Positions 50,370 through 59,631 of a stretch of DNA of 64,000 nucleotides are shown piece after piece; the stretch's first letter is position 1, and every line of letters begins with the position of its first letter. The stretch spans positions 3,356 to 67,355 of the forward strand of contig CAYXKK010000011.1 in assembly GCA_964465685.1 (NCBI GenBank). Direction: 5' to 3'. Source of the stretch: an uncultured Melioribacter sp. Its GTDB lineage: Bacteria; Bacteroidota; Ignavibacteria; Kapaibacteriales; Kapaibacteriaceae. Under the pieces are notes generated by a model that was not told where the DNA came from, ran no database searches, and was given only the letters and a program-made list of their open reading frames with translations. The translations under genes and the position numbers were made by a program.

Positions 50370-51512
50370 TTACACAGAACGAAGTCGACGAGCAGCCTCA
50401 ATAAGTGTGGCGTCGGACTTTGCAAAACAACACCGCAATGCGGTGTCTGACCACGAAGTAGTGCTAACAAATGGTGAAAGCGGAATGAGCGCTACTCCAA
50501 CATCTCGTGTCAAACGTTTCGCAAGATCTACGTCGTGCTCCTCTGTAAAACCTTCGTACCCCAACAACTGGAAGTACGATCCAGAGCACGATCGTATAGA
50601 CCAGTTAGATCCTGACAACTCTGCGCGCAGAAGATCCCGCTTCGCCTGAAACATCGAACCTAGACCTATGTATCGCGTGGAATCGGACATGTACCGACTC
50701 AATGTTACCTGAGCAGGCGTGTTAACGCTAAAGTTGAAAAACTGATGAACCTTGCGAAACTCACGTGTTAGCTCTGGTGGTGCAACACATGCCCCAACCT
50801 TCCATCCCGTGCAATGAAATGTTTTTCCGAACGATGTCACCACAAATGATCGATGACGTAGTTCCTCGTGCGCTGCCACAGACACGTGGTTAACGCCATC
50901 AAACGTGATAAGCTCGTACACTTCATCACTGAGGATTACAATCGACGTATCTCGCACCAAATCGGCTAGCGTCTCTAGATCTTCTGCTGTGAGAACCGAA
51001 CCACTAGGGTTATGTGGCGAGTTGATGATAATCATGCGTGTTCGTTCCGTTATCAACGAACGAACATGATCCCACTGTGGTCGATACTCGGGGATGCTTA
51101 GCGCAGATGCGCGCACAATCCCACCCATAACGCGAATAGCGGGTCCGTAGGAATCGTAATTAGGCTCGAAAACGATCACTTCATCACCAGGATGTACCGT
51201 AGCAGCAATGGCGCACGATAACGCAGCTGTGCCACCTGGTGTGATTGTTATCTCGTGCTCTGGATCAATGTGGATGTTAAAGAGGCGCTGGTACTTTTCT
51301 GCGACGCGCTCACGGAGTTGCAGCAGACCCGGCATAGGCGCATACTGATGGACAGACTCGCGCACCACCGACCTGAACATCTCCTCAAGTTCGTTGTCAA
51401 TAGGATAGTCGGGAAACCCCTGAGAACAATTGACGGCGCCCACCTCATTGGCGAGCGCCGTCATTACGCTGAAAATCGTTGTTCCGATATCGGGAAGCTT
51501 AGACGTAATCAT
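50370..51512 (-). CDS. ybdL: Class I/II PLP aminotransferase (YbdL-like methionine aminotransferase)
   Basis: SKLPDIGTTIF, SQGFPD, PHNPSG, SDEVY and SFGKTFHCTGWKVG motifs. Confidence 0.85.
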   Translation of the reverse strand: MITSKLPDIGTTIFSVMTALANEVGAVNCSQGFPDYPIDNELEEMFRSVVRESVHQYAPMPGLLQLRERVAEKYQRLFNIHIDPEHEITITPGGTAALSCAIAATVHPGDEVIVFEPNYDSYGPAIRVMGGIVRASALSIPEYRPQWDHVRSLITERTRMIIINSPHNPSGSVLTAEDLETLADLVRDTSIVILSDEVYELITFDGVNHVSVAAHEELRHRSFVVTSFGKTFHCTGWKVGACVAPPELTREFRKVHQFFNFSVNTPAQVTLSRYMSDSTRYIGLGSMFQAKRDLLRAELSGSNWSIRSCSGSYFQLLGYEGFTEEHDVDLAKRLTRDVGVALIPLSPFVSTTSWSDTALRCCFAKSDATLIEAARRLRSV

Positions 51513-51517
51513 TGCGA

Positions 51518-52498
51518 CTAGTCTTCTTCTTCCTCTTCTGGGAGTTCATCCAACAACAACTTCACATTCTTCGCTACTTCTTCACCTTCACGGTTATACC
51601 CGATGTTGAAGTCTACCGGGTCTCCCTCTTGAAGTTCCGGGAACTCGGCATTGAGAAGATCAGATGCATGGAAGAATAGGTTGTTCGGCGGATACTTGAT
51701 GAATCCGTATCCATTCTTGAGCGTGAGAATGAAGCTCTCAAACCGCTCTTCAGTGACTTCGCGTTGCTTAGGTGTTTCCAGTTCCGGCAAATCAATATCG
51801 GAGCTATAGACACCCTGACGTGCTGCAGAAGTATCATCTTTCTTGACAAACAGATCCTGGATCAGCTTGTCTTTGCTGGCCCCCTTCTTCTCGATGATCT
51901 CGTGCATTGCAAGCGGGTACGACACCTCTTCGATGAGCTCTTGTGATGTCCGTGTCACGACATGCTTGCCTTCGTTGTCATCGAACTCAAAGTCCCACGT
52001 CAACACCATGACCCGTGTACCGAGAGCATTGAGTTTACGGACAAGGGGCGCGTAGTCACCATCCGAGGTGATTAACACAACAACGTCGAACTGCTTAACA
52101 GCAGCCAGTTCATAGACCTCGAGAGCCATGCGAACGTTGATTGCTTTATCCTCGCGACGCATTGCGGAGCCGCGCTGTGGGATGTAGTGTATTGTTACAC
52201 CTTCCCACATCAGAATGTCCTCAAACACACGATCGTAGTACAGCAGGTTTCCACGCGACTGAGCATCAATCGCAGAGATGCGGTTACGGAAGAAGTGCAT
52301 GTCAACAATCTGACACACCTCCGGCTCCGTTTCCTCAAGCTTCGCTACCTGATGGCGGATGAACGTGTGAAGCCCTCGCAGACTTAGACGACTGTTCCGG
52401 GGATGATTGAAAGCGTAGTAGTTGCTTACATGGAGGAAGTAATTTCCATCGTAGAACAACCCAATACGGGTGAGTTTAGTGGTACTTGCAAAAGCCAT
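51518..52498 (-). CDS. NYN (LabA/DUF88) domain protein with C-terminal cold-shock-like domain
   Basis: FYDGNY and TSDGDY.PL PIN-like motifs; C-terminal GYGFI...FFH RNP motifs. Confidence 0.85.
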   Translation of the reverse strand: MAFASTTKLTRIGLFYDGNYFLHVSNYYAFNHPRNSRLSLRGLHTFIRHQVAKLEETEPEVCQIVDMHFFRNRISAIDAQSRGNLLYYDRVFEDILMWEGVTIHYIPQRGSAMRREDKAINVRMALEVYELAAVKQFDVVVLITSDGDYAPLVRKLNALGTRVMVLTWDFEFDDNEGKHVVTRTSQELIEEVSYPLAMHEIIEKKGASKDKLIQDLFVKKDDTSAARQGVYSSDIDLPELETPKQREVTEERFESFILTLKNGYGFIKYPPNNLFFHASDLLNAEFPELQEGDPVDFNIGYNREGEEVAKNVKLLLDELPEEEEED

Positions 52499-52560
52499 CG
52501 AACCGGCCTAACTAAAAGGGTTACTATAGGGTATGACGCAGTCAATTTATCGCAATTCGA

Positions 52561-53307
52561 TCAATATTTCGCACCAGACCGCTCTAAAACTTCAATCACG
52601 GCCTTTCTGCGGTACTCTTTAGCATACGCCAAAGCGGTCTTCATTGTGTGATCAACAAGAGTGATATCAGCCTTGTTTTTGATCAAGATCCGAACCATTT
52701 CATCCTCGCCGTGGACAGCAAGGAGCATCAAAGGGGTCCTTCCTTGGAGGTCGCGGCAGTTCGGATTGGCCCCACGCTCAAGGAGTTCATCCATAGCCCC
52801 CAGATGACGCCCTCCACACGCCAGCATAAGAGGCGTGTTTCCACGAACGTCGCGAACTTCGAGGTCTGCCCCAGCTTGAGCGAGAAAGGTGATCGGGTTG
52901 GTATTGCCCATCTGAGCTGCAACCATGATTGGTGTACGCCCCTTTGAATCGACGAGGCTATGGTTTGCGTTGTACGACAACAATACCTGCACTAACCCAT
53001 CGCGCCCGTTAAATGCAGCAGCGTGCAACGCGGTCATACCAGACTTTGACTGCACATTTGGATTCGCACCAGACTCAAGCAAAACTACCGCCATCAAACT
53101 ATCGTTGGCAATTGTTGCCACCATGAGCGCTGTGAGACCCTCGCGGTCGACTTCGTTGATATTTGTTGTCTTCTTCTTGATTAGCGACATCACCCGCTTG
53201 ATATCACCGGTTTTCACCGTCTCAATAAGGGGCTGCGAGAATCCCATCACGGCCGACAGAACGAAGGCGAGACAACAAAGAAGGAACCGTGAAGGACGAT
53301 GCTGCAT
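52561..53307 (-). CDS. Secreted ankyrin-repeat protein
   Basis: Repeated G.T(A/P)L..A...LL..GA(N/D) units; signal peptide. Confidence 0.9.
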   Translation of the reverse strand: MQHRPSRFLLCCLAFVLSAVMGFSQPLIETVKTGDIKRVMSLIKKKTTNINEVDREGLTALMVATIANDSLMAVVLLESGANPNVQSKSGMTALHAAAFNGRDGLVQVLLSYNANHSLVDSKGRTPIMVAAQMGNTNPITFLAQAGADLEVRDVRGNTPLMLACGGRHLGAMDELLERGANPNCRDLQGRTPLMLLAVHGEDEMVRILIKNKADITLVDHTMKTALAYAKEYRRKAVIEVLERSGAKY

Positions 53308-53315
53308 ATGGCTGC

Positions 53316-53885
53316 TTAAAACCCTTGCTTCTGAATGAAGATTCCCTTGTCCACCTTCGAGAAGAAATCCTGGTAGAACTTGGGATCCTGAATCACATAC
53401 ACTTCCACAGGATTGCCCACATTGTCGAGAATTCGCGCTTGAAAGTTTGCACGAACCTTTGAGCGACGTCCCACTTCAGTGACGTTAACACTCACCTCAA
53501 TCTGTTTGAACTTATTGTACCGTTGTTCTTGTCGATCGCGTGACGTCGATCGTGAATTTGACGAGCGAAACACCGACTCAAACAAATCTGTCCAGTACTG
53601 ATCGTTACGCGTGGCGGATGTGCCAGTAAGCTGAACATCCTTCGTTGCTGTCAGCAACCCAAGGTCGGGAACCGCATTCTTAACCACAAACCCATCGTCC
53701 TGCAGGACGTTGAGCATCGCCTTCATCACGAGCTTGACATCGTTCGTGTCGAACTCCCGTGTTTGAAACTCGCGTGTCTGCAATTGTGTCTGCGGAACAG
53801 CATTCGGACGCGGTCCACTCACGATTGTGCAGGCAGTTGTTCCAAGTACCAACAGCGCAATTACGAGAATGTGCTGTGTGCGCAT
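53316..53885 (-). CDS. Hypothetical lipoprotein
   Basis: Lipobox TTAC; QLQTREFQTREFDT; translationally coupled to the upstream gene. Confidence 0.7.
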   Translation of the reverse strand: MRTQHILVIALLVLGTTACTIVSGPRPNAVPQTQLQTREFQTREFDTNDVKLVMKAMLNVLQDDGFVVKNAVPDLGLLTATKDVQLTGTSATRNDQYWTDLFESVFRSSNSRSTSRDRQEQRYNKFKQIEVSVNVTEVGRRSKVRANFQARILDNVGNPVEVYVIQDPKFYQDFFSKVDKGIFIQKQGF

Positions 53886-54295
53886 TAAAATTTGCTCTGA
53901 TGGTATGTGAATGATTCTACCTTGTCGTTCTTATCGAACTTGATCACAACTGTTAGCGTGCGTTGTGTTGTGCTGGCTGCTCCTGATTGATTGGAGAAGC
54001 CTCCGAGGATAAGGAAGAGTCCGTTCTGACTCTGTGAGTACGAGGCCTCTGTTGCGATCTTGTCGTATACCCATGTTTCTCGCTCATCACTATCCTTTGT
54101 GACGATGTTTGGGGATCCCAGAGCCTCCGCTACAGCAGCACCCGACATACCCTTGGTGATTTCACGCTTCACCAATCCAGCAGTGAGTTCACGTCCGCGT
54201 GTATCAGCGGTATCACGTCGGTTGTCCTCGACAGTGCGGCAGGCAGTAACCGACAGTGCGCTGACAACGGCAAGGGAGATGATAATGTGCTTCAT
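53885..54295 (-). CDS. SmpA/OmlA (BamE-like) lipoprotein
   Basis: Lipobox VTAC; ITKGMS..AV..ALGSP...WVY...L.V.FD pattern. Confidence 0.65.
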   Translation of the reverse strand: MKHIIISLAVVSALSVTACRTVEDNRRDTADTRGRELTAGLVKREITKGMSGAAVAEALGSPNIVTKDSDERETWVYDKIATEASYSQSQNGLFLILGGFSNQSGAASTTQRTLTVVIKFDKNDKVESFTYHQSKF

Positions 54296-54331
54296 ACGAT
54301 GTTCCTTCTGTGACACGTGTGATGGTCTACT

Positions 54332-55105
54332 TTACATCTGAACTGAAAAACCAACTTGAAAGACAACCTGTCTAGGTGCGCTGACAGAGACACGTCGTAC
54401 ATCGTAACTCTGCGACGCATTGGGTTCGATGTGTGGCACATCGACATCGGTTCCCCAGAGGTACCGCAAACGTACATCAAGCAAAAATCGTTGAAGTGCA
54501 TTGGGCAACTCAATCATATCGGCAATCTTCACCGCAATGCCAGTGCCGATTCCATAGGTCCAGTTTGCGCCCCCTTCACTCTCGGTATTCCTAGCAGTCG
54601 TGTCATCACCTCCGGTAATCTGTCGGACGGTGAGTACGGACGAATAGATCGTTGTTCCTCCAAGAACCTCGACGTACGGGAACACCCACGTGCTGATGTT
54701 GGGTTGAAACCGGACGTAGGCAAGGATTGGAAGCGTGTAGTTCTGTGTTGAGAGCTCTAACCGTCTACGGAGTGGATCGCCATTATAGGGTCCAAACTGT
54801 CGCTCACGCGCACCGAAAAAGTGAACACCAAGCTCGCCCCCTATCACAACAGGAACTGGATCCATGTAGTACGCGAATTGCGCGCCAAATCCATATCCAA
54901 CGACCGGGAGCGACAAACTATCGTACGCATCTCGCAAGGATGACTGCGACACTGATTGTGAGTACATCAAGCCGTATTGCCAATTCAACGACTGTTGCTT
55001 GATCTTCGCGATTGTTGCGTCATCAACACTGTCGGCGTCTTGGGCGACGGCACGTCCGTGTCCGACTAGCACAAGAAGGGCGAGGCATATGGTGATGGTT
55101 CTCAT
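54332..55105 (-). CDS. Hypothetical secreted protein, probable small outer-membrane beta-barrel
   Basis: Signal peptide ending VAQ; alternating hydrophobic strands, PYVE and a C-terminal strand. Confidence 0.6.
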   Translation of the reverse strand: MRTITICLALLVLVGHGRAVAQDADSVDDATIAKIKQQSLNWQYGLMYSQSVSQSSLRDAYDSLSLPVVGYGFGAQFAYYMDPVPVVIGGELGVHFFGARERQFGPYNGDPLRRRLELSTQNYTLPILAYVRFQPNISTWVFPYVEVLGGTTIYSSVLTVRQITGGDDTTARNTESEGGANWTYGIGTGIAVKIADMIELPNALQRFLLDVRLRYLWGTDVDVPHIEPNASQSYDVRRVSVSAPRQVVFQVGFSVQM

Positions 55106-55237
55106 AGGCGGGAAAAGTACGAGGTTATTGACACAAAGTTACGATGTCATCACACCCCCCACGTAACCATCACTTGACTTGAGGACTGGTCTCCCATCGG
55201 ATAAGTTCGCACCGGATGTTCCGGGGGGAGCTATACG

Positions 55238-56188
55238 ATGACGACACGACGTACACTGTTGAAGACGATGGTGTTGGCCTCGGGGGCGATCGCGACCTCG
55301 ACGCTACAACCCATTGACCTCACATCGGCACCATACTCAATGCCAACTAGCCGTGTCGTGCTGCCAGACGATTGCACCGGCACCATCGCCTGGGCGTGCT
55401 GGATTGGACACTCAACGGTCCTGCTCCGCATGGGTGGAATGTGGATTATCACAGACCCCGTGATGTTTGGATCCTACGGTATCTCAATGTTGGGAGTCAC
55501 GCTCGGACCACACCGTATCACCGAGCCGGCCATCAGCTTCGACGAGCTTCCGCGTCCAGATCTGGTGTTGCTCTCACACGCACACATGGATCACATGGAT
55601 CGAGCCACCCTGCGACGGATCAGCAACAAGTGGCCCAACGAGATCGATGTGATTACAGCCACAAACACACGCGACGTGATTGAGGATCTTCCATGGAAGA
55701 GTCTCAACGAACTGGATTGGTGTGAGTCAACGCGTATTGGAGCGATCAACCTCACAGCTCTCGAGGTTCGACACAATGGCTGGCGCCTTCCCGGTGAGGC
55801 GTGTCGTGCCGGGGGATACAGAAGAATAGGACGGAGTTACAACGGCTACGTACTGGAGCACGATGGGGTTCGAGTCGTGTTTGGTGGTGATACAGCGTAC
55901 ACAAACCTGTTCAAGCAGGTACTCCATGCTCCTGAGCTCGCAATTATGCCGATTGGAGCATACGATCCGTTTCCCGAAGCACACTGCACACCGGAGGAAT
56001 GTCTTGCTATGGTCGAAATGATGAAGGCTCGAAGTATCATGCCTATTCATCATTCAACGTTCCGTCAGAGTGAAGAGCCGGTTGGCGATCCCATCCGTCG
56101 CCTGCGTCATGCAATCCGTCGCTCATCAACACAACTTGCAGTGCATGGCATTGGCGGAAGTATCGAGGTCGCACACAGATCCACCTAA
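55238..56188 (+). CDS. MBL-fold metallo-hydrolase (NAPE-PLD/RomA-like) with Tat-like signal
   Basis: TRRTLLK; WIGHST, TDP, SHAHMDHMD, GDT, PIGAY and PIHH motifs. Confidence 0.85.
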   Translation: MTTRRTLLKTMVLASGAIATSTLQPIDLTSAPYSMPTSRVVLPDDCTGTIAWACWIGHSTVLLRMGGMWIITDPVMFGSYGISMLGVTLGPHRITEPAISFDELPRPDLVLLSHAHMDHMDRATLRRISNKWPNEIDVITATNTRDVIEDLPWKSLNELDWCESTRIGAINLTALEVRHNGWRLPGEACRAGGYRRIGRSYNGYVLEHDGVRVVFGGDTAYTNLFKQVLHAPELAIMPIGAYDPFPEAHCTPEECLAMVEMMKARSIMPIHHSTFRQSEEPVGDPIRRLRHAIRRSSTQLAVHGIGGSIEVAHRST

Positions 56189-56227
56189 CGCGTGGTAGTT
56201 TGTGGTGTCGAACCACTCTGTAGCGCC

Positions 56228-57565
56228 ATGGATTCCCTTTTCGCCGACGATCAGACGTCAGAACAACTCCCGGTCTCACACAACGCACCGCTAGCTGAGC
56301 GGATGCGACCACATACGCTTGATGACCTTGCGGGACAGGAGCATCTTGTTGGACAAGGGGCTCCCCTTCGCGCGTATGTAGAGCGCAACGAGCTCCCTTC
56401 GATCATTCTTTGGGGTCCACCGGGAACCGGAAAGACCACACTAGCCAACATCCTTGCGATGTCGCTTAACCGACCCCTCGACAGACTCTCAGCTGTAGAG
56501 GCCGGTGTAAAGGAGCTTCGCGACGTCATCCGTCGAGCCGAGCGTCTCAACGCCATGGGCAAACGTCCATTGTTGTTCATCGACGAGATTCACAGATTCA
56601 ACAAGTCACAGCAAGACGCACTGCTGCATGCCGTAGAACGCGGACTCGTTACACTGATCGGCGCTACGACCGAGAACCCATCGTTTGAAATCAACAACGC
56701 GCTTCTATCACGATGCCAAGTCTACAAGCTTGCGGAACTCTCTCGTGAAGCACTCCAACGTATCATTACACGTGCTCTGGCCGCTGATGTGCAGCTGTCA
56801 ACGCGCACCATCGAGATTGCGGATTGGGATGCCTTACTCGCGCTCTCGGGTGGTGATGCGCGTTCTGCCTTGAACACACTCGAAGCAGCAGTTCTGCTTG
56901 CGCCCCTTGATGCAGAACCAGTAATCATTAACCGCGATCTTCTTGCAACCGCTGTGCAGCGTCGTGTTGTTGCGTACGACCGTGCAGGTGATCACCATTA
57001 CGACACCATTTCCGCGTTCATCAAGTCGATGCGTGGTAGTGATCCTGATGCTGCCTTGTTGTACCTCGCGCTCATGATCGAAGCTGGCGAAGATCCAACC
57101 TTCATCGCACGACGACTCATCATTTTCGCGAGTGAGGATGTTGGTAACGCCGATCCGCAAGCAGTGCAGTTGGCCGTAAGCGTCTTCCAGGCAGTTGAGC
57201 GCATCGGTATGCCCGAAGGGCGCATACCACTTGCACAAGCAGTTACCTACCTTGCTTCCGCACCGAAATCAAATGCATCGTATCTGGCTATTGATCGTGC
57301 AAGGGGGCTTGTACAGCGCGGCTTCAACGTGACAGTGCCGTTGCATCTTCGCAACGCTCCTACTACACTGATGAAGGAGCTCGGGCATGGAGGAACGTAT
57401 CGGTATCCCCATGATGCACCCGATCACTTTGTCGATGTGAACTACTTCCCCGACAACATCGAACGCACCGCGTTCTATCAACCCGACGGACAAGGTCGCG
57501 AGCAACAGATCCGAGAACGTCTCAAACAGCTGTGGCCCGACAGGTATTCGTCTGAACGCGAGTGA
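56228..57565 (+). CDS. rarA: Replication-associated recombination protein A
   Basis: [43 protein letters not shown] and SEDVG motifs. Confidence 0.95.
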   Translation: MDSLFADDQTSEQLPVSHNAPLAERMRPHTLDDLAGQEHLVGQGAPLRAYVERNELPSIILWGPPGTGKTTLANILAMSLNRPLDRLSAVEAGVKELRDVIRRAERLNAMGKRPLLFIDEIHRFNKSQQDALLHAVERGLVTLIGATTENPSFEINNALLSRCQVYKLAELSREALQRIITRALAADVQLSTRTIEIADWDALLALSGGDARSALNTLEAAVLLAPLDAEPVIINRDLLATAVQRRVVAYDRAGDHHYDTISAFIKSMRGSDPDAALLYLALMIEAGEDPTFIARRLIIFASEDVGNADPQAVQLAVSVFQAVERIGMPEGRIPLAQAVTYLASAPKSNASYLAIDRARGLVQRGFNVTVPLHLRNAPTTLMKELGHGGTYRYPHDAPDHFVDVNYFPDNIERTAFYQPDGQGREQQIRERLKQLWPDRYSSERE

Positions 57566-58681
57566 TTATCCCTCAGCCTTCTTCTTCGCTTTGAGCTTCT
57601 TTAGTTTGCGCTCCTGACGCAGCTTGTTGAAATTGATGCTCTCTCGCAGTGTAATTCCTTCCCGGATCACACCACGTGCACGCAACACACTGTCGGCAGT
57701 GACATAGCGTTTGCGATCGGCCAAGCCACCACGCACCTCCCGAGGGATCTGCGAGATGGGAATGAGCGCTTCTTCAACCGCGTACAGATCCTGTGGAAGT
57801 TTGATCCCAACAGGAGAATTCGACGTGAGCTCAAGCCATGGTCCGCCACGCTTGCGACCAAAATCAAACACATCAAGGATTACGACCGGTGTACCCGACC
57901 ACGGAATGTAGCGTCGGCGTATCGAATCAGTGCGAGCCGTACGCACCCACTTGTACAACCACTCAGCGTCAGACAGAAACTGACGAACACACGAGTGTGA
58001 TACGGGGCGACCAGGCATATCGAATTGGTGGAATGCGCTTCCCGCCTGTAGGTGAAAGTTTACAGTGAATGGAAGGATCCATGTGCTGTCGAGTGATGAG
58101 ATTCGACGTGGATGACGCCAGTTCACGGCATATCGACCAGGGAGTGTAGGTTTGCGCTCCTCGCCAGAGTTACACGCTGCGAAGCGCACGAGCTCGCCGT
58201 GCGCATAACACGCATACGATTGCCACGTGTTGCTGATAAAGACAGCCTTCGGGATCGTATCGCCTTCGGGCCAGTACTGTGGAAACACCGAATACGCGCG
58301 CAGATCCTCCATCACCGTGTCGGGCAACACAAGCGTGTCGCCGATGCGCACATACTGGATGTCCTTCCGGTTCAGGAGTGTGAGCACGCGGTAGTGCTTC
58401 CACGTCTCGGGTGTCTTCGCAAACGTTCGGCGCACACTGTCGAGCACATCACTCGAGGAGATAGGCAGCCGGAAATACGAGATCTTCGGAAAGCGGTTCA
58501 TCAACGAATCAGCGCGAGCAGCACGAGCTGCCTGCTGCACCCGCTGGACGGAATCCTTACGGATTTGTGCTTGCTCCTCTGGTGTGGGATCTGGATTCGT
58601 GCACGCAACCAACGCGATGCAACCTGCAATCGCGGCGAGAAGGTGAGGAGTTATGTTGAGGCCAGCCAGACGACACGTCAT
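57566..58681 (-). CDS. L,D-transpeptidase (YkuD family) lipoprotein
   Basis: Lipobox LVAC; FHQFDMPGRPVSHSCVR catalytic His/Cys; start inferred. Confidence 0.85.
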   Translation of the reverse strand: MTCRLAGLNITPHLLAAIAGCIALVACTNPDPTPEEQAQIRKDSVQRVQQAARAARADSLMNRFPKISYFRLPISSSDVLDSVRRTFAKTPETWKHYRVLTLLNRKDIQYVRIGDTLVLPDTVMEDLRAYSVFPQYWPEGDTIPKAVFISNTWQSYACYAHGELVRFAACNSGEERKPTLPGRYAVNWRHPRRISSLDSTWILPFTVNFHLQAGSAFHQFDMPGRPVSHSCVRQFLSDAEWLYKWVRTARTDSIRRRYIPWSGTPVVILDVFDFGRKRGGPWLELTSNSPVGIKLPQDLYAVEEALIPISQIPREVRGGLADRKRYVTADSVLRARGVIREGITLRESINFNKLRQERKLKKLKAKKKAEG

Positions 58682-58733
58682 ACGTGAAGGCGAAAATACC
58701 AGTAGATTCGTTCTCGATTCACGACATAACGCC

Positions 58734-59543
58734 ATGAAACACACCAGTATCCTAATCATTCTCTGTGCCACACTTTTGTCGTGTGAGCAACCACGGGAAA
58801 TTCAACAGCAAGGTACCTCAACGTCGACACCCACACCCACAACTGAACAATCGGTTCGCACGTATTCGTTTCGTGTGGTGGCAACAATTCCCCATGATAC
58901 AAATGCGTTTACGCAAGGTCTCGATGTGTACAAGGGTGTCTTTATCGAATCCACAGGTCAGAACGGAAAATCCAGTATCAGACGTGTGAACATGCGCACA
59001 GGCGCAGTGATGAAGCTTGAGCCCCTTGAAGCACAGTACTTCGGTGAAGGTGTTACGGTGTTGAACGACACTGCTTACATGCTTACGTGGCTGAATCAAC
59101 GCGGGTTTGTCTACGACCCTGTGTCCTTGCGAAGGATCCGCGAGTTTCGCTATGCCGGTGAAGGTTGGGGTATCACCAGCGACGGTACACATCTTATCAC
59201 AAGCAATGGATCAAACGTGCTCACTGTGATGGATCCAGCAACATCCTCCATCGTGCGCAGCATACCTGTTACCATGCAAGGATCAGTCGTTGGACAGCTC
59301 AACGAGATTGAATGGGTTGAAGGTGAGATTTGGGCCAATGTGTGGCAAACGATGCGCATTCTGCGTATCGATCCGAAAACCGGCAGGGTGAATGGCATAA
59401 TTGATTGTACCGGTATCGTTCCACCATCAGAACAACGTCCGACGATGGACGTATTCAACGGCATTGCCTACGACGAAGAAACAAAGGCCATCTATGTGAC
59501 CGGGAAGAACTGGCCAAAGATTTATCAGATCGAACTCCAGTAA
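58734..59543 (+). CDS. Glutaminyl-peptide cyclotransferase (beta-propeller type) lipoprotein
   Basis: PHD.NAFTQGL, ESTG, FGEG, EGWG, LNEIE, NGIAYD and TGKNW motifs; lipobox LLSC. Confidence 0.92.
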   Translation: MKHTSILIILCATLLSCEQPREIQQQGTSTSTPTPTTEQSVRTYSFRVVATIPHDTNAFTQGLDVYKGVFIESTGQNGKSSIRRVNMRTGAVMKLEPLEAQYFGEGVTVLNDTAYMLTWLNQRGFVYDPVSLRRIREFRYAGEGWGITSDGTHLITSNGSNVLTVMDPATSSIVRSIPVTMQGSVVGQLNEIEWVEGEIWANVWQTMRILRIDPKTGRVNGIIDCTGIVPPSEQRPTMDVFNGIAYDEETKAIYVTGKNWPKIYQIELQ

Positions 59544-59631
59544 TCACGTCACGTTCAGTGCACGAGCGACCACGTGATGGACATATGCTCTTGATAAGAG
59601 CGGAATTGTTCATCATCTCTTGGAGGTCGTC

